NCBI GenBank assembly: GCA_030740155.1 | Contig: JASLXV010000020.1 | Coordinates: 1-64,000, forward strand | Reading direction: 5' to 3' | DNA from: Dehalococcoidia bacterium | Lineage (GTDB): Bacteria > Chloroflexota > Dehalococcoidia > Lucifugimonadales > UBA3495 | DNA length: 64,000 bases | Made by a program: the position numbers and the translations under genes | In this document: positions 50,713 through 61,011 of the stretch, one piece after another | Position numbering within the stretch: position 1 is the first letter of the stretch | How the letters are laid out: each line of letters opens with the position of its first letter | Notes under the pieces: generated by a model | The model's database searches: none | The model's input: only the letters and a program-made list of their open reading frames with translations | Told to the model about the DNA's origin: nothing

Positions 50713-51852
50713 CTAGACTTGTTCGTCGCGCTCGCGACGGGCGCGCCGCATTCGAAGCCCGATAACTGCCGAAACACCCACCAGGACGGCTCCGCCGATG
50801 CCGCTGAGCAAGGGCACCAGCAGGCCGACGCCGTCATCATCATCATCCACCCGCTTTACCGGTTCCCCAGTCGATGGGGCCACCTTGGTGGGAGCCGCCT
50901 TCGTTGGCGTCACTTCCGCCACGGCCGAGCCCAGCCGCGTCTCTTGCCAATCGGAAAAGGCCTTCTGCCCGTTACGCTCGCTGCGGGAACCGTCCCAGAC
51001 GGCGAAGCCCAGGGGGACCAGTGAGCCTTCCTCAAAAGTGAACTGGGGCTGCTTTCGGGGTATGGAGATCACTATCCGCCACTCGCCATCTTTCCAGGCC
51101 CCCATTCCCTTGCCGTCTTGGGTCTCATCGGGTTCCAGTGTGCCGAAACCCTCGGCCTCCATCTTCTGGACCGGGCCGATGGCCTCCTGGGCCGCGGGGT
51201 CGGACAGGCTGTTGCCCACGGCGGCCCCGGTGAGATACACCTTGTTCCCCTTGGTGAGGTAGTCGGTGGCCTCCGGTATCTCTCCGGCCTCAACACCGGA
51301 GTAGGGATACCAGCCGTTAAACATGTTGGGGTAGGCCTCATCCACATCGTACTCGGGTCCGAATTGCCAATCGCTCTTCCAATGGTAGATGGAGACACCC
51401 AGGCCCGGCACGCCCATCATGAACGACGTGGGGCCGGCGGACGGATCTTTCGGGAACTGCACCGCGACGCCGTCCCGGTACTGCATCACGGTGCCCAGAT
51501 CTACGTTCCTCGCGGCGTCCTTCCAGCCGATCAGGATGGAAAGCCGTTCCGCGTCGTAGAGGGCGCGGATATCAATACTCTTGGTGCCCGCCTCTTGGAC
51601 GCTGGGCAACACCAGGTTTTGAGGATTGAGAGAGATGGCAGTCGCGCTCCTCCCGCTCCAGAGGGGATCACCAGGCTCGGTGGGCGCCCGGTCCACCAGC
51701 TCCGCGGTGATCGCGGCGGCTTTCTCCTGGGCGCGAATACGCGGAAGCAACGGCCGGCTGGCCCACGCCAGAGCGCCGACAAGGGCACCGGTAAGAACGG
51801 CGCGTCTGCTGGCAACAAAGTTCGTCGCGGTCATAGGGCCTTTACCTCCCAA
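50713..51852 (-). CDS. Heme b gamma subunit (EbdC/NxrC-like DOMON domain) with Tat-like leader and C-terminal TM anchor
   Basis: SRRAVL leader, DGVAVQFP, FMMG, YHWK, FAVWDG..SERNGQK, C-terminal hydrophobic helix followed by an Arg-rich tail. Confidence 0.8.
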   Translation of the reverse strand: MGGKGPMTATNFVASRRAVLTGALVGALAWASRPLLPRIRAQEKAAAITAELVDRAPTEPGDPLWSGRSATAISLNPQNLVLPSVQEAGTKSIDIRALYDAERLSILIGWKDAARNVDLGTVMQYRDGVAVQFPKDPSAGPTSFMMGVPGLGVSIYHWKSDWQFGPEYDVDEAYPNMFNGWYPYSGVEAGEIPEATDYLTKGNKVYLTGAAVGNSLSDPAAQEAIGPVQKMEAEGFGTLEPDETQDGKGMGAWKDGEWRIVISIPRKQPQFTFEEGSLVPLGFAVWDGSRSERNGQKAFSDWQETRLGSAVAEVTPTKAAPTKVAPSTGEPVKRVDDDDDGVGLLVPLLSGIGGAVLVGVSAVIGLRMRRARRERDEQV

Positions 51853-52565
51853 GGTTCAGCGTAACATTCCTGATCGTCTTCATCGGCGTCGGTTGGTTCC
51901 CCCAGGTCACCCGGCTTGGTGCTTAGCTGGAACATCCCGAATTCGCGGCTCATGTGAGTTTCCAGTAGCTTGCTGAGGGACGCATATACCCCGCCCTCAC
52001 CGGCTTTAAGGAGCAGCCGTTGGGCGAAGGTCTCGACCCAAGTGGCGAGATGATTAGCTAGAAACGATTCCTGAGCCCGCCGGCAGAGCCCGAGGTTCTC
52101 GCCGCCGTCCGCGTCTTCCTGCGCATACGCCTCCTTAAGGGTCAAGAGGTGCATGAACTCCATCTCGGCGCTGATATGGTCACACCGGTCCTTATGGTCC
52201 GGGTTGGCAGTGACCCCAAAGGCCGCGTAAAAGGCATTCAGGTCCGCCAGGGTATGGGACTTCTGGAACACGTGGGCTTGACCGTACTCCGCCTCATAGG
52301 GCGCGCAGTCGGCGGATATGATATGCCTGAAGACCCGGGAGTACTGTTCGCGGAAGGCCGGTTGAGTTAATTGACCGGCCTGTTCGCCCAGGTCATGCAA
52401 GGCCATTTTGACCTGTGGCCAGCCCAAGGCCGAAACCATTGGGGTCAACGTCCGGGCGGCATCGGCAACCTGCGCCGCCGTTTCCTCTTCAGGATATAGA
52501 AAGGCCATCGAGAGCAGCTCGTATACGGCGCTCCGTGCCAGTGCTTCTTCTTGCGAGTTAGCCAT
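51831..52565 (-). CDS. TorD/DmsD-family molybdoenzyme maturation chaperone
   Basis: PYEAEY, LADLNAFYAAFG, DHISAEMEFM, FLANHL..W. Confidence 0.88.
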   Translation of the reverse strand: MANSQEEALARSAVYELLSMAFLYPEEETAAQVADAARTLTPMVSALGWPQVKMALHDLGEQAGQLTQPAFREQYSRVFRHIISADCAPYEAEYGQAHVFQKSHTLADLNAFYAAFGVTANPDHKDRCDHISAEMEFMHLLTLKEAYAQEDADGGENLGLCRRAQESFLANHLATWVETFAQRLLLKAGEGGVYASLSKLLETHMSREFGMFQLSTKPGDLGEPTDADEDDQECYAEPWEVKAL

Positions 52566-52576
52566 CGAGGTAGCTC

Positions 52577-53851
52577 CTAGATGGAGTTTGGGCGCTCCGC
52601 GGGCCTGGTGTACTGAACTTCATTTACCTGGAGCCGGACCAACTCCTGGTCGTCTTTGCCGTATCCGACTACCGTGTCGTTGAACATCTCCCAGTTCTTG
52701 CCGTTGACGACGGCCTCGAAGACCTTTGGGCCCTCGATGATCTCGTACCGGAAGATGATCTGCTGGGTGGCCCGGAAGAGTTGTTGCACGGCCAGCAGTT
52801 CCCGATCCGGTGCGATGTACCTTTCGATGGCGGCATCGACGCCGGGGCCGAACATCTGCCTCAGGTAGGGCTTGGGAGCCCAGCGAGGCGGAATGTAGTA
52901 GCCGTTGGGCTCGGTGCCGAACTGGGGATAGAGAGGCAGGGCAACCTTTGCCACCTTGACCAAGAAGTATATCGGGTTGTACCGGTCCTCGGCCCAGGAT
53001 CCGTCAGGGTTCTTCTTCACCAACCCCTGGATGCGTATCTTGCCGGGGCAGACCGCCATGCACCGGGTCTCCAACGGCTGGCCCAGCGCCAAGGGGTCTT
53101 TGCCCTCGATTCTGGGGTAGCAGGCCACGCATTTCTCAGTGACCCTGGTGGTGGGCCGGTACATGGTCTTCTTATAGGGGCATGCTGAGACACACTTCCG
53201 GTAACCCCGGCAACGCTCCTGGTCGATCAGAACGATCCCGTCTTGAGGACGTTTGTAGATGGCTTGTCTGGGACAGGATGCCAGGCAGGCCGGATAGGAA
53301 CAGTGGTTGCATACCCGCTGCAAGTAGAAGAACCACGACTTGTGCTCGGGCAATCCTGTGGACTCCAGGGAGGTGTCCCCTTCCTTGCTGGTGAGCCCGG
53401 TGGCGGTGTCTTCGTAGAGGTTGGGAGCTGCCCACTCATCGTCCGTGGGCTCGTAGCCCAGAGCGACCTCGGTCGGCGTCGCCTCTGCTTGGGCGCCTTC
53501 AAAGACGGTGAGACCCTGATAGGTGCCGTAAGGCCGCTCGGTCCCGTTGCGCTGGGACGTGTCCCATGAAGCATCTTTGCCGGCCGACGTGTGGGCCTTA
53601 TCCAGAATCTCCAGCAGCTTGATGTCCCAGAATCTGGGATAGCCACCGTAGGGCTTCGTCTCCACATTGTTCCACCACATGTACTCCTGTCCCTTCGAGA
53701 AGGTCCAGGTGGCCTTGCAAGCGAACGTGCAAGTCTGGCAGGCGATGCAGCGGTTGATGTTGAAAACGAAGGCCCACTGCAATTCCGGCGATGCCGCCTG
53801 GTAGGGATAGGACATGTTGCGGCCAAGCTGCCAGTTGTAGACCTCAGGCAT
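52577..53851 (-). CDS. nxrB: Nitrite oxidoreductase/nitrate reductase beta (Fe-S) subunit, periplasmic NXR type
   Basis: MPEVYNWQLGR, FVFNINRCIACQTC..AC, GQEYMWWNNVETKPYGGYP, CNHCSYPAC, CRGYRKC, LPLYPQFGTEPN. Confidence 0.88.
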   Translation of the reverse strand: MPEVYNWQLGRNMSYPYQAASPELQWAFVFNINRCIACQTCTFACKATWTFSKGQEYMWWNNVETKPYGGYPRFWDIKLLEILDKAHTSAGKDASWDTSQRNGTERPYGTYQGLTVFEGAQAEATPTEVALGYEPTDDEWAAPNLYEDTATGLTSKEGDTSLESTGLPEHKSWFFYLQRVCNHCSYPACLASCPRQAIYKRPQDGIVLIDQERCRGYRKCVSACPYKKTMYRPTTRVTEKCVACYPRIEGKDPLALGQPLETRCMAVCPGKIRIQGLVKKNPDGSWAEDRYNPIYFLVKVAKVALPLYPQFGTEPNGYYIPPRWAPKPYLRQMFGPGVDAAIERYIAPDRELLAVQQLFRATQQIIFRYEIIEGPKVFEAVVNGKNWEMFNDTVVGYGKDDQELVRLQVNEVQYTRPAERPNSI

Positions 53852-54119
53852 TGATCTCTCCTCCTCTGATCCAACCCCGATCCCAGTTTTCGGCCAGACT
53901 GCGGATCCTTTGCTTCACGTATTCCGCGCCCTTCTCCAGGTATATCTGGTGGGTCGCACCGTAGTGCGGGGACCAGAACAGGAGCAGGATCTGCTGTGCC
54001 GACCACCCCATGAACAGGTACTCCTGCACGATGCCGTCCAGGACTTGATCGGAGTCGCAATCAGGCATCGCGATTCCCACCAACTCCATGGGGTCTTCTG
54101 GTTCGAATTCTTTAACCAC
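53844..54119 (-). CDS. Small hypothetical protein inside the NXR-like operon
   Basis: 91 aa, AGGAG RBS, and its stop overlaps the beta-subunit start. Confidence 0.75.
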   Translation of the reverse strand: MVKEFEPEDPMELVGIAMPDCDSDQVLDGIVQEYLFMGWSAQQILLLFWSPHYGATHQIYLEKGAEYVKQRIRSLAENWDRGWIRGGEINA

Positions 54120-54206
54120 TAGGACTCCTTCAGTCCAACTTTGTCCAGTCCAACTTTGTCACCGGCAGTCCAATCTTGTAATTGGCGGCCCGGATGCGTC
54201 TGGCGC

Positions 54207-57200
54207 CTAGGCATTACGGCTCAGATCGCCCCTCAGATATCGGTTCATGAAGGAGTTTTCGTTCGCCGGCGAATTGCCCAACGTGCCGGGTATCCAGAGT
54301 CCCTTTCCTTCCAGGCCACCGTCCTCAGCCTTGGTAATCCGCACCAGCGTTTCCTTGGGGACGGTGTTGACGGCGTGGTTGTCCGCCTCTCCGCCGAACA
54401 TGAAGGACATCGCCACCTTCTTCTTGTGGAACAAGGTATCGGTCTGGTGCATCGGCGTGGACCAGTCGCGGGTGATGCTCTGATGAGAGCCGTAGCGCAG
54501 GTTGGCCTGGTAGCCGGTATCGGCGGAAAGGGCCCGCCCATCCGGTCTGGTCTCGTGGGCCAGCACGCTTCGCTCGGTGGCCATGTAAGGCGAGTGCTTG
54601 ATCATGATGACCTGGTACGGATACGACGGATTGAATCTGGCCCGAAGCATCAGACGAGCCACCTTGTAGAAGGGATCGTCTACGGACCAGCCCGGGTAGG
54701 GCCGGTCGGCAGGGTCGGCGTCCACGTAGACGTAGTCGCCGTCCGCGATGCCCAGGTCTTCAGCGGCCTTCGGATTTATGTGCAGTTGGTGCTCTCCGAG
54801 GCCGACCATGCGCTTGTCCTTCCGGTAGGGGTCGGCGAAGTTCGAGTCCCACAGCATGTGGATATCGTCCACGCTCCACTGGGAGTGGACCCGGTGCCTG
54901 GTTTTGGGCGTAAGGGCATAGAAATGGAACCCTTGACTCCATAGGGGATTCTTGGTGGATTTCACTTCGGCCCAGGTCAGCTTGTTGTTTGCTATGGTCC
55001 GGATGTCTCCATCCAGGACTTCCGCCTGCAGCATGTCGGGGGTTATGCCGAAGTTGTCGGGCCGGATGTACGGATTGGAGGAAACGATAACGTTGGGAAG
55101 GTAGGGCGTTGCCTCTGGGCCCTCCCGGTGCACGATGAAGTTCTCGCCGTACTGGATGGCTTCCGGTATGTCACAGTAGGCGTTCAGCCGTCCCGTGTCG
55201 GTGTAGAAAGGAACGTTGTCTTCCATCTGTTCCCAGAAGGGTATCCGGGGATAGGTGCGGAAGAGCATCAGGGCGGCGCCCGGCTCGCCGTACTTGCCGG
55301 ACATTATGTCGTCCAGTTTGTAACCCGAGAGGGGGGGTCGAGCTGTCCAGCAGCCGCTGAATGTGGACGTCGTTCCTGCCTTCCAAGATAAACTTCCAGT
55401 AGTCGGCGATGCGCTGGTCGTTGGTGATTTCCGACAGGCGCTTCGCCACCCCGGCGATGATCTGAATGTCGTCCTTGGAGTCGAACACGGGCTTGAGGCC
55501 GCCGCCGCCCCAAATCTGGAGGAAGGGGTTGGAGCACGATGCCGTGATCTCCAGATTCTGGAACTCCATCCAGGAGTTGGCGGGGAGGGTGAAGTCCGAG
55601 TACTCGCCGGTGGCCGTCATCTCGATATCTTGGTTGATGATCGTATCTATCTTGGGGTTGACGGTCTTGATGAGGCCGTAGGCCCATTTGGCGTTGTTGA
55701 TGATGTTGACGTTGGTGAACCACAGGAACTTGGTGGGCGTCGGCATGTGGGTTTCGCCCGTGAAATTCTTGCGACCGTACTTGGGGGTATCGACGATCAG
55801 GGCCTTGTCGCCGTGGTCCCAGTAAGCGGGCTCCTCGCCTTTGGCGTGACCGTGGGCGGGGATGTCTTTACCCGCGGCATTGGGGTCCAAGTTGGGGTTG
55901 AAGGGGTCCTCGGCGACCCAGCCCTTGAACCCGGGGCCGACCCAGGACGGACCCTGGAAGAGGGCCGCCTTGTAGTTCCCGGCCCAGGCATGGCTGCCGG
56001 CTCCGGCCTTGCCGATGTTTCCGGTCAACATGAGAGGAAGGTAGGTTGCCCGGTTATGCAACGTGGCGTGGAACCAGTGGTTGATGCCCTCGCCGGTGTG
56101 AATTGCCACCGGCTTAATGGTGGCGATGTCTTCGGCCAGCCGCTCGATCAGCTCTTTGGGGGCCCCGCAGATCTCCGACGTGGTATCCAGGTCGTAGTCC
56201 CGGAGGTGCACCTTGTACATCTCCCACAGGGTCATCACTTCTACGTCAGACCCGTCGTTGAGCTTCACCGTGCCCTGCCACTCCAATTCGGGGTCCACGC
56301 CGCTGTCCACCAGCTTCTTGCCGAGGAGTTCCCTGTGCAGGGGCTTCAGCGCGCCGCTGTTCTTGTCGCGCACCACAAAGTCGCCCACTTTCTGGTACTG
56401 ATCCTCCTCCAGTCCTTGGATGGTGAAGCTGGGTCCGTTCCGGTCAAGCCCGAGCTGGTAATCTGGGAAAACGTCCTCGGGTTTCAGGCGCTTGAGGTTG
56501 TCGGTCCGTACCAGCAGAGGGAGGTCGGTGTACTGCTTGACAAAATCCTCGTCGTGCCACCCTCGATCCATGATGATTTTGCTTACCGCCAGGAAGATGG
56601 ACGTGTCGGAGAGTCCAGGCCGCACGGAGATCCAGTAGTCGGCCTTGGTCGCCGGGGGGCTGTACTCGGGCGAGATCACGACTACCTTGGCGCCCCGCTC
56701 CATCGTCTCGATGAACCAGTGGGTGTCGGGCATCTTATTCTCGACCAGGTTCTTGCCCACCTGAATGTGGAGCTTGGTGTTGCGCATGTCGTTGAAATCG
56801 CAATCGGAGGTCTGAAGCCCGTGGACGTAAGGATGTCCGGGGGCCTGGTCGCCGTGCCAGGTGTAGTTAGCCCAGTTCCGTCCGGCCAGGGATTCTTCGG
56901 GAGAGACTCCCCGGACCTGGGTGTCCAGGATGGCCATCGTGTTGGAGAACCGGTACATTCCGTATTTGCCGATTACGCCCAGCAGGCCCATGCCGCCCCG
57001 GAACTTCATGGTCCGGGTGCCGGCGCCCTGGGTCGCGTCGATCATCTCGGGCTGATAGCCATCGGCCTCGAGACGCCGCCGGCCGTCAGCGCTACTGTAG
57101 GTCTCAGCGTTTGACCTGGCGACCCGGGCGATGTAGTCGAACGTCTCGTCCCAGGTGAGGCGGACGAAAGTGTCGGTGCCTCGGGAGTTGAATTTGTAGG

Positions 57201-57711
57201 TGTCCCGGAGACTGGGGTCATCGGAGAGGGAGGGGAACCCGGCGTCGGCCCAATCTTTCCAGCCCTTTCGCACTATGGGGTGTTTGATCCGGTATGGCCC
57301 GTAGACCCGCCGGTGCATGGTCTGGCCTTTACCGCAGCCCCTGGGGTTCCAGGCGCTGGTAGCCTTGTTGCCGTACAAGTCGGAAATGATACCGGAGTCG
57401 TAGTTCGGCTCCGAGCGTAAGACCACGCCGTTCTTGACGAAGGCCCGCATCCGGCAGGCGTGGGTGTCGTTGGGAGAGCACACCCAGGTGAAGCTATCAT
57501 CGTAGGAATACTGGTCCCGGTACACCGACTCCCAATCCAAGTTGGGATAGCTCTCCAGAGGGTTGATTAGCTGATTGGTGGGCACCAGCGTGCGTGAAGC
57601 CAGGCTCGGCTTCACATTGAGCGAGCCCAAGCCCCCGATGGCCGCCGCGCCCGCCGCCGCGCCGGCGGTCCCTTTGAGAAACTGTCGCCTGGAGAACTTG
57701 CTGCCGCTCAT
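54207..57711 (-). CDS. nxrA: Nitrite oxidoreductase/nitrate reductase alpha subunit (Mo-bisPGD, Tat-exported); frameshift in G7 run 55331-55337
   Basis: SRRQFLK Tat motif, C-x3-D-x3-C-x39-C FS0 motif, YTWHGDQAPG, RHRVHSQW. Removing one G joins 55171..57711 and 54207..55304 into about 1167 aa. Confidence 0.88.
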
Positions 57712-57872
57712 GTATTGCTCCTTATTGGGAGTACGGTCCGGTTGTTAACCGGGGGTTAAGAATGGCGTAGACCACAGGTTCCCCAAGTGGAACCTGGTGT
57801 TTTTATTGCACCTGATTTCTGGATTGTAACAGCGCTTTCCACGTTGTTGGCCATTAGAGGTGATAGTCCACT

Positions 57873-57892
57873 ACCTACCAATCTTGGTAGGT
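57873..57892. promoter_or_regulatory. Perfect 9-bp inverted repeat, candidate operator
   Basis: ACCTACCAA-TC-TTGGTAGGT in the AT-rich region upstream of nxrA. Confidence 0.45.
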
Positions 57893-57913
57893 TAAACCGG
57901 TATTGGGACCAGT

Positions 57914-57931
57914 TTGTGAAGTGCTTCACTA
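57914..57931. promoter_or_regulatory. Rex operator-like site
   Basis: TTGTGAA-GTGC-TTCACTA against consensus TTGTGAA-N4-TTCACAA (1 mismatch), about 200 nt upstream of nxrA. Confidence 0.65.
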
Positions 57932-58126
57932 GGTTAATCGTAACTGGTAACAGGCCGGTAACAATTCTTGGGGAAGGGTCGGGGGTGCCTCATCTCTGAT
58001 CCCATCCGCTCCAAGCATAGGTGGCGCCCGTCTTATGTTCAAAGGCGCCTATCGAACACCGGCGGCGGGATTGCCTTGGCCGGGAATTGCCCGCGAGAAA
58101 AGCGGTCTATCGGGAGACTGGGTAAA

Positions 58127-58664
58127 TCAGCCTAGGTAGCCTGCTGACCCCGGCGGCGCATCACCACGAACGCTGCGGCGGCAATGGCGGCCAGGCCAGC
58201 AACGACGCTGGCGATGATCCCGGCGATCGCCCCTCCGGAGAGGCCACCGGAGGACGGCACGGGTGGCGGTGTGGGCGCCGGCGCCGGGGTCGCCGGTGCG
58301 GGGGTCGCCGTTCACGTCCCCGGCCAGAAGCGGCAACTCTCCGAGGTCCAGGGCGTCCCCACCGTCTACAACCAGGCCGGCCGCTCTGACCGCCAGGGTA
58401 GCCCGTAGCTTGGGCCGAGAGGGTGTAGATGCCAGGCTGGACCCCGGTGAAGGAGAAGGAGCCGTCGGCTGCGGTCAACGCGGTGGCGAGCCCCAACTGA
58501 ACGGTCACCCCGTCGTGGCCGGTGGCGCCCTGTACCTGGACTCGCCCGCTAATAGTGGTGGTGGTCCCTTCCTGGGCCGCCGCCTCGGGAACATGAAAGG
58601 CCGTCCCTGGCAGGAGCAGCAGAGATAAAAACGCCACCAGGGGCACCAACAGTTTCGTTATCAT
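58127..58664 (-). pseudogene. Degenerate secreted protein (carboxypeptidase-regulatory-like beta-sandwich plus start of a dockerin-like GDVNGD)
   Basis: Signal peptide ending AAA-Q, TAADGSFSFTGVQPGIYTLSA, then LLAGDVNGD in another frame. Confidence 0.5.
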
Positions 58665-58971
58665 TTCCTGGATGAAGTCTAGTGCCGCGCTTCGGGGTAT
58701 GTCAATCCGGCCTGCTCTCATCACCAGTCCCGCTCCCACCGAGCGAAGAACGGCTTCGAGTAAACCGGGTAAGGCTGAGGACGGCAACATGCCAGCCCTA
58801 GCTTTACCGGACCTACCGGATTGCCGGGGCATCGAGTCCTTGACCCCGTGCCTGGTTGATTTATAATGGCCTTAACCAACCACGAACCGGGGGTTGGTTT
58901 CGTAGGGAAAGGCCGTGACGTCGAACCCCGGCAAACCTCAGGTTCGACAACCTGCGCGAAGGAGCACGACG

Positions 58972-59775
58972 ATGGTGGTCGTAGACACCCATTGCCACGC
59001 CTCACCTGCCTGGTATGAGCCCGTGGAGATTCTCTTGGATCAGATGAACCGGAACGGGGTCGATAAGGCGGTGATAGTCCAAATCCGCGGATGGTACGAT
59101 AACGCCTACCCGGTGGAATGCATGCGGCGCTTTCCGGGTCGTTTCTCCGTGGTGGCGGTTGTCGACACCGACAGCCCCGACGCTTCGGAGCGGCTGGAGG
59201 AATGGGTGGAGCGAGGGGTCGAAGGCGTCCGGCTAGGTCCCGATGTGCGGTCCCCGGGAAACGACCCGCTGGCCATCTGGCGCAAAGCCGCGGAACTGGG
59301 CATCCTGGTAAGCAGCATCGGGCCGGTCCATGGGTTCGCCTCGCCGGGCTTTGAAAGCATCGTGAAAGAGTTGTCCAGCCTGAAGATCATCATTGAGCAC
59401 CTGGGTGGGGTGGGCGGCATCCAAGGGGGGCAGGACACGACACCGCCCCATGCTACGTTCCGCAAGGTGCTGGAACTGGCCCAATATCCCAGTGTCTACA
59501 TGAAAGTTCCGAGTCTGGGGGAGATCTCTCCGCGGGCCATGCCGGTCCGGGCGCCCTACCCGTTTGAGGATGCCCCTCCATTCATCGAGATGGCGATCGA
59601 TGCCTTCGGCGCCAAGCGCCTGATGTGGGGCAGCGATTTCCCGCCCGTGGCGAGACGCGAAGGATACCGAAACGCTCTCAGGTTACCCATGGAGCGAGTC
59701 GGGTTCAAGAGCCAGGAAGACAAGGATTGGATCTTCGGAGAGACCGCGGCCTCGCTGTTCCGGCTCGGCGATTAG
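58972..59775 (+). CDS. Amidohydrolase_2 family (sugar lactonase-like) protein
   Basis: VDTHCH, IIEHLGG, RLMWGSDFP. Confidence 0.88.
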   Translation: MVVVDTHCHASPAWYEPVEILLDQMNRNGVDKAVIVQIRGWYDNAYPVECMRRFPGRFSVVAVVDTDSPDASERLEEWVERGVEGVRLGPDVRSPGNDPLAIWRKAAELGILVSSIGPVHGFASPGFESIVKELSSLKIIIEHLGGVGGIQGGQDTTPPHATFRKVLELAQYPSVYMKVPSLGEISPRAMPVRAPYPFEDAPPFIEMAIDAFGAKRLMWGSDFPPVARREGYRNALRLPMERVGFKSQEDKDWIFGETAASLFRLGD

Positions 59776-59972
59776 GTCCGGCGGCCGAGGCTCCCGGATG
59801 GGGCAATTTTGAATAGTTTCGAATAAGAATGGTAACTAGTTAGTGACTGGGGAGCCCCGTTCAAGAATGACCGGGTTCGCCTCAAGGCAAGCGAGAGTCA
59901 TTCCGTCTTAAGTTGCAGCAGCTTTCTAACCCGTGGCCTGGTTGGACTCGACCGGAGGATGGTGGAATCAGC

Positions 59973-61004
59973 ATGACACAGAGTGAAATCACTTCCAGAC
60001 GCTTTCAGTTCGATGACTGGGATGCAGCCCAAGAGCACTACCTGGATGCCGGGATGACCGACGGTCTGCCCATCATTCCACCCACCGAACAGCGGGTACG
60101 GGCCATGCTGGACCACGCCGGATTGGCGCCCGGGGATGTAATCGGTGTGGAAAGCATCCGCCAGAAGCGGATGACCGCCGAGAAGGTCGCCATCAACGCG
60201 GTAATGGCAGGCTGCAAGCCCGAGTATCTCCCCGTGGTCGTGGCGGCGGCGGCGGCGGTCTGCGAACCGCTTTTCAACCTGCACGCAAGCAGCACTTCGA
60301 CCAATGGCATCGCGATTCTGGTGCTGGTCAGCGGCCCCTACGCCAACGAAATCGGCATGAACGCCCGGACCGGGATGATGGGTAACGGTAACCGGGCGAA
60401 CGCCACCATCGGCCGGGCGATCAACCTGCTCAAGACCAATTTCTACGGCTCAACGGCCCAAGACATGGACCAGAGCACCCTCGGGTACCCCGGCAAGTAC
60501 AGCTTCTGCTTCGCCGAAAACGTGGAGGTCAGCCCCTGGCCATCGTTGGCGGTCTCCAAGGGCTTTCATGCCGACGCCACGACCGTCACCACGTTCGCCG
60601 CGAACTCCCCCCTTCAGGTCAGCGCCCACGGAGGGAAAGACCCGGAAGACTTCTTCAGCGGTTCAGCTCACGCGATGCAGGGGCTGGGACCCTCGATCTC
60701 GGAGGTGCTGGTGGTGATCAGCCCCGAGCTGATGAGCTACATCTCGGAAGCCGGCTGGAGCCGGGAGCGGATCGCGGAATTCCTTTGCACGAAGACCCAG
60801 GCGCCGGCGAAACAGTGGGCCGCCTGGCACCGGATCGACCAGGCTGTGGCGCTGCAAAACCCCGATGCCACCCTCGGCTGTGTTCAGGAGCCCGGCCGGA
60901 TAACCGTGGTACCCGGCGGCGGCGCGGCCGGAGCCTTCACCGCGCTCATCGCGTCCTGGGCCAGCAGCCGCTCCGTGACCAAAGAAGTTCAACTCAGGAG
61001 GTGA
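59973..61004 (+). CDS. Uncharacterised partner of the UGSC selenoprotein; paralog of the C-terminal domain of 48891..50570
   Basis: TDGLPIIPPT..RV..ML, EKVAINAVMAGC.P..LPV, ANATIGRA, G.PGKYSFCFAE...SPW shared with 49540-50570. Confidence 0.85.
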   Translation: MTQSEITSRRFQFDDWDAAQEHYLDAGMTDGLPIIPPTEQRVRAMLDHAGLAPGDVIGVESIRQKRMTAEKVAINAVMAGCKPEYLPVVVAAAAAVCEPLFNLHASSTSTNGIAILVLVSGPYANEIGMNARTGMMGNGNRANATIGRAINLLKTNFYGSTAQDMDQSTLGYPGKYSFCFAENVEVSPWPSLAVSKGFHADATTVTTFAANSPLQVSAHGGKDPEDFFSGSAHAMQGLGPSISEVLVVISPELMSYISEAGWSRERIAEFLCTKTQAPAKQWAAWHRIDQAVALQNPDATLGCVQEPGRITVVPGGGAAGAFTALIASWASSRSVTKEVQLRR

Positions 61005-61011
61005 ACCGGCA

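Noticed and set aside
55363..57114. 583-aa plus-strand ORF and similar long antisense ORFs (7787..8893, 17693..18910, 43240..44334, 61702..62943)
   Set aside because: Shadow frames of real genes in high-GC DNA, with no recognisable motifs.
57873..57892. NarL 7-2-7 site
   Set aside because: Half-site spacing does not match the TACYNMT 7-2-7 arrangement; kept only as a generic palindrome.
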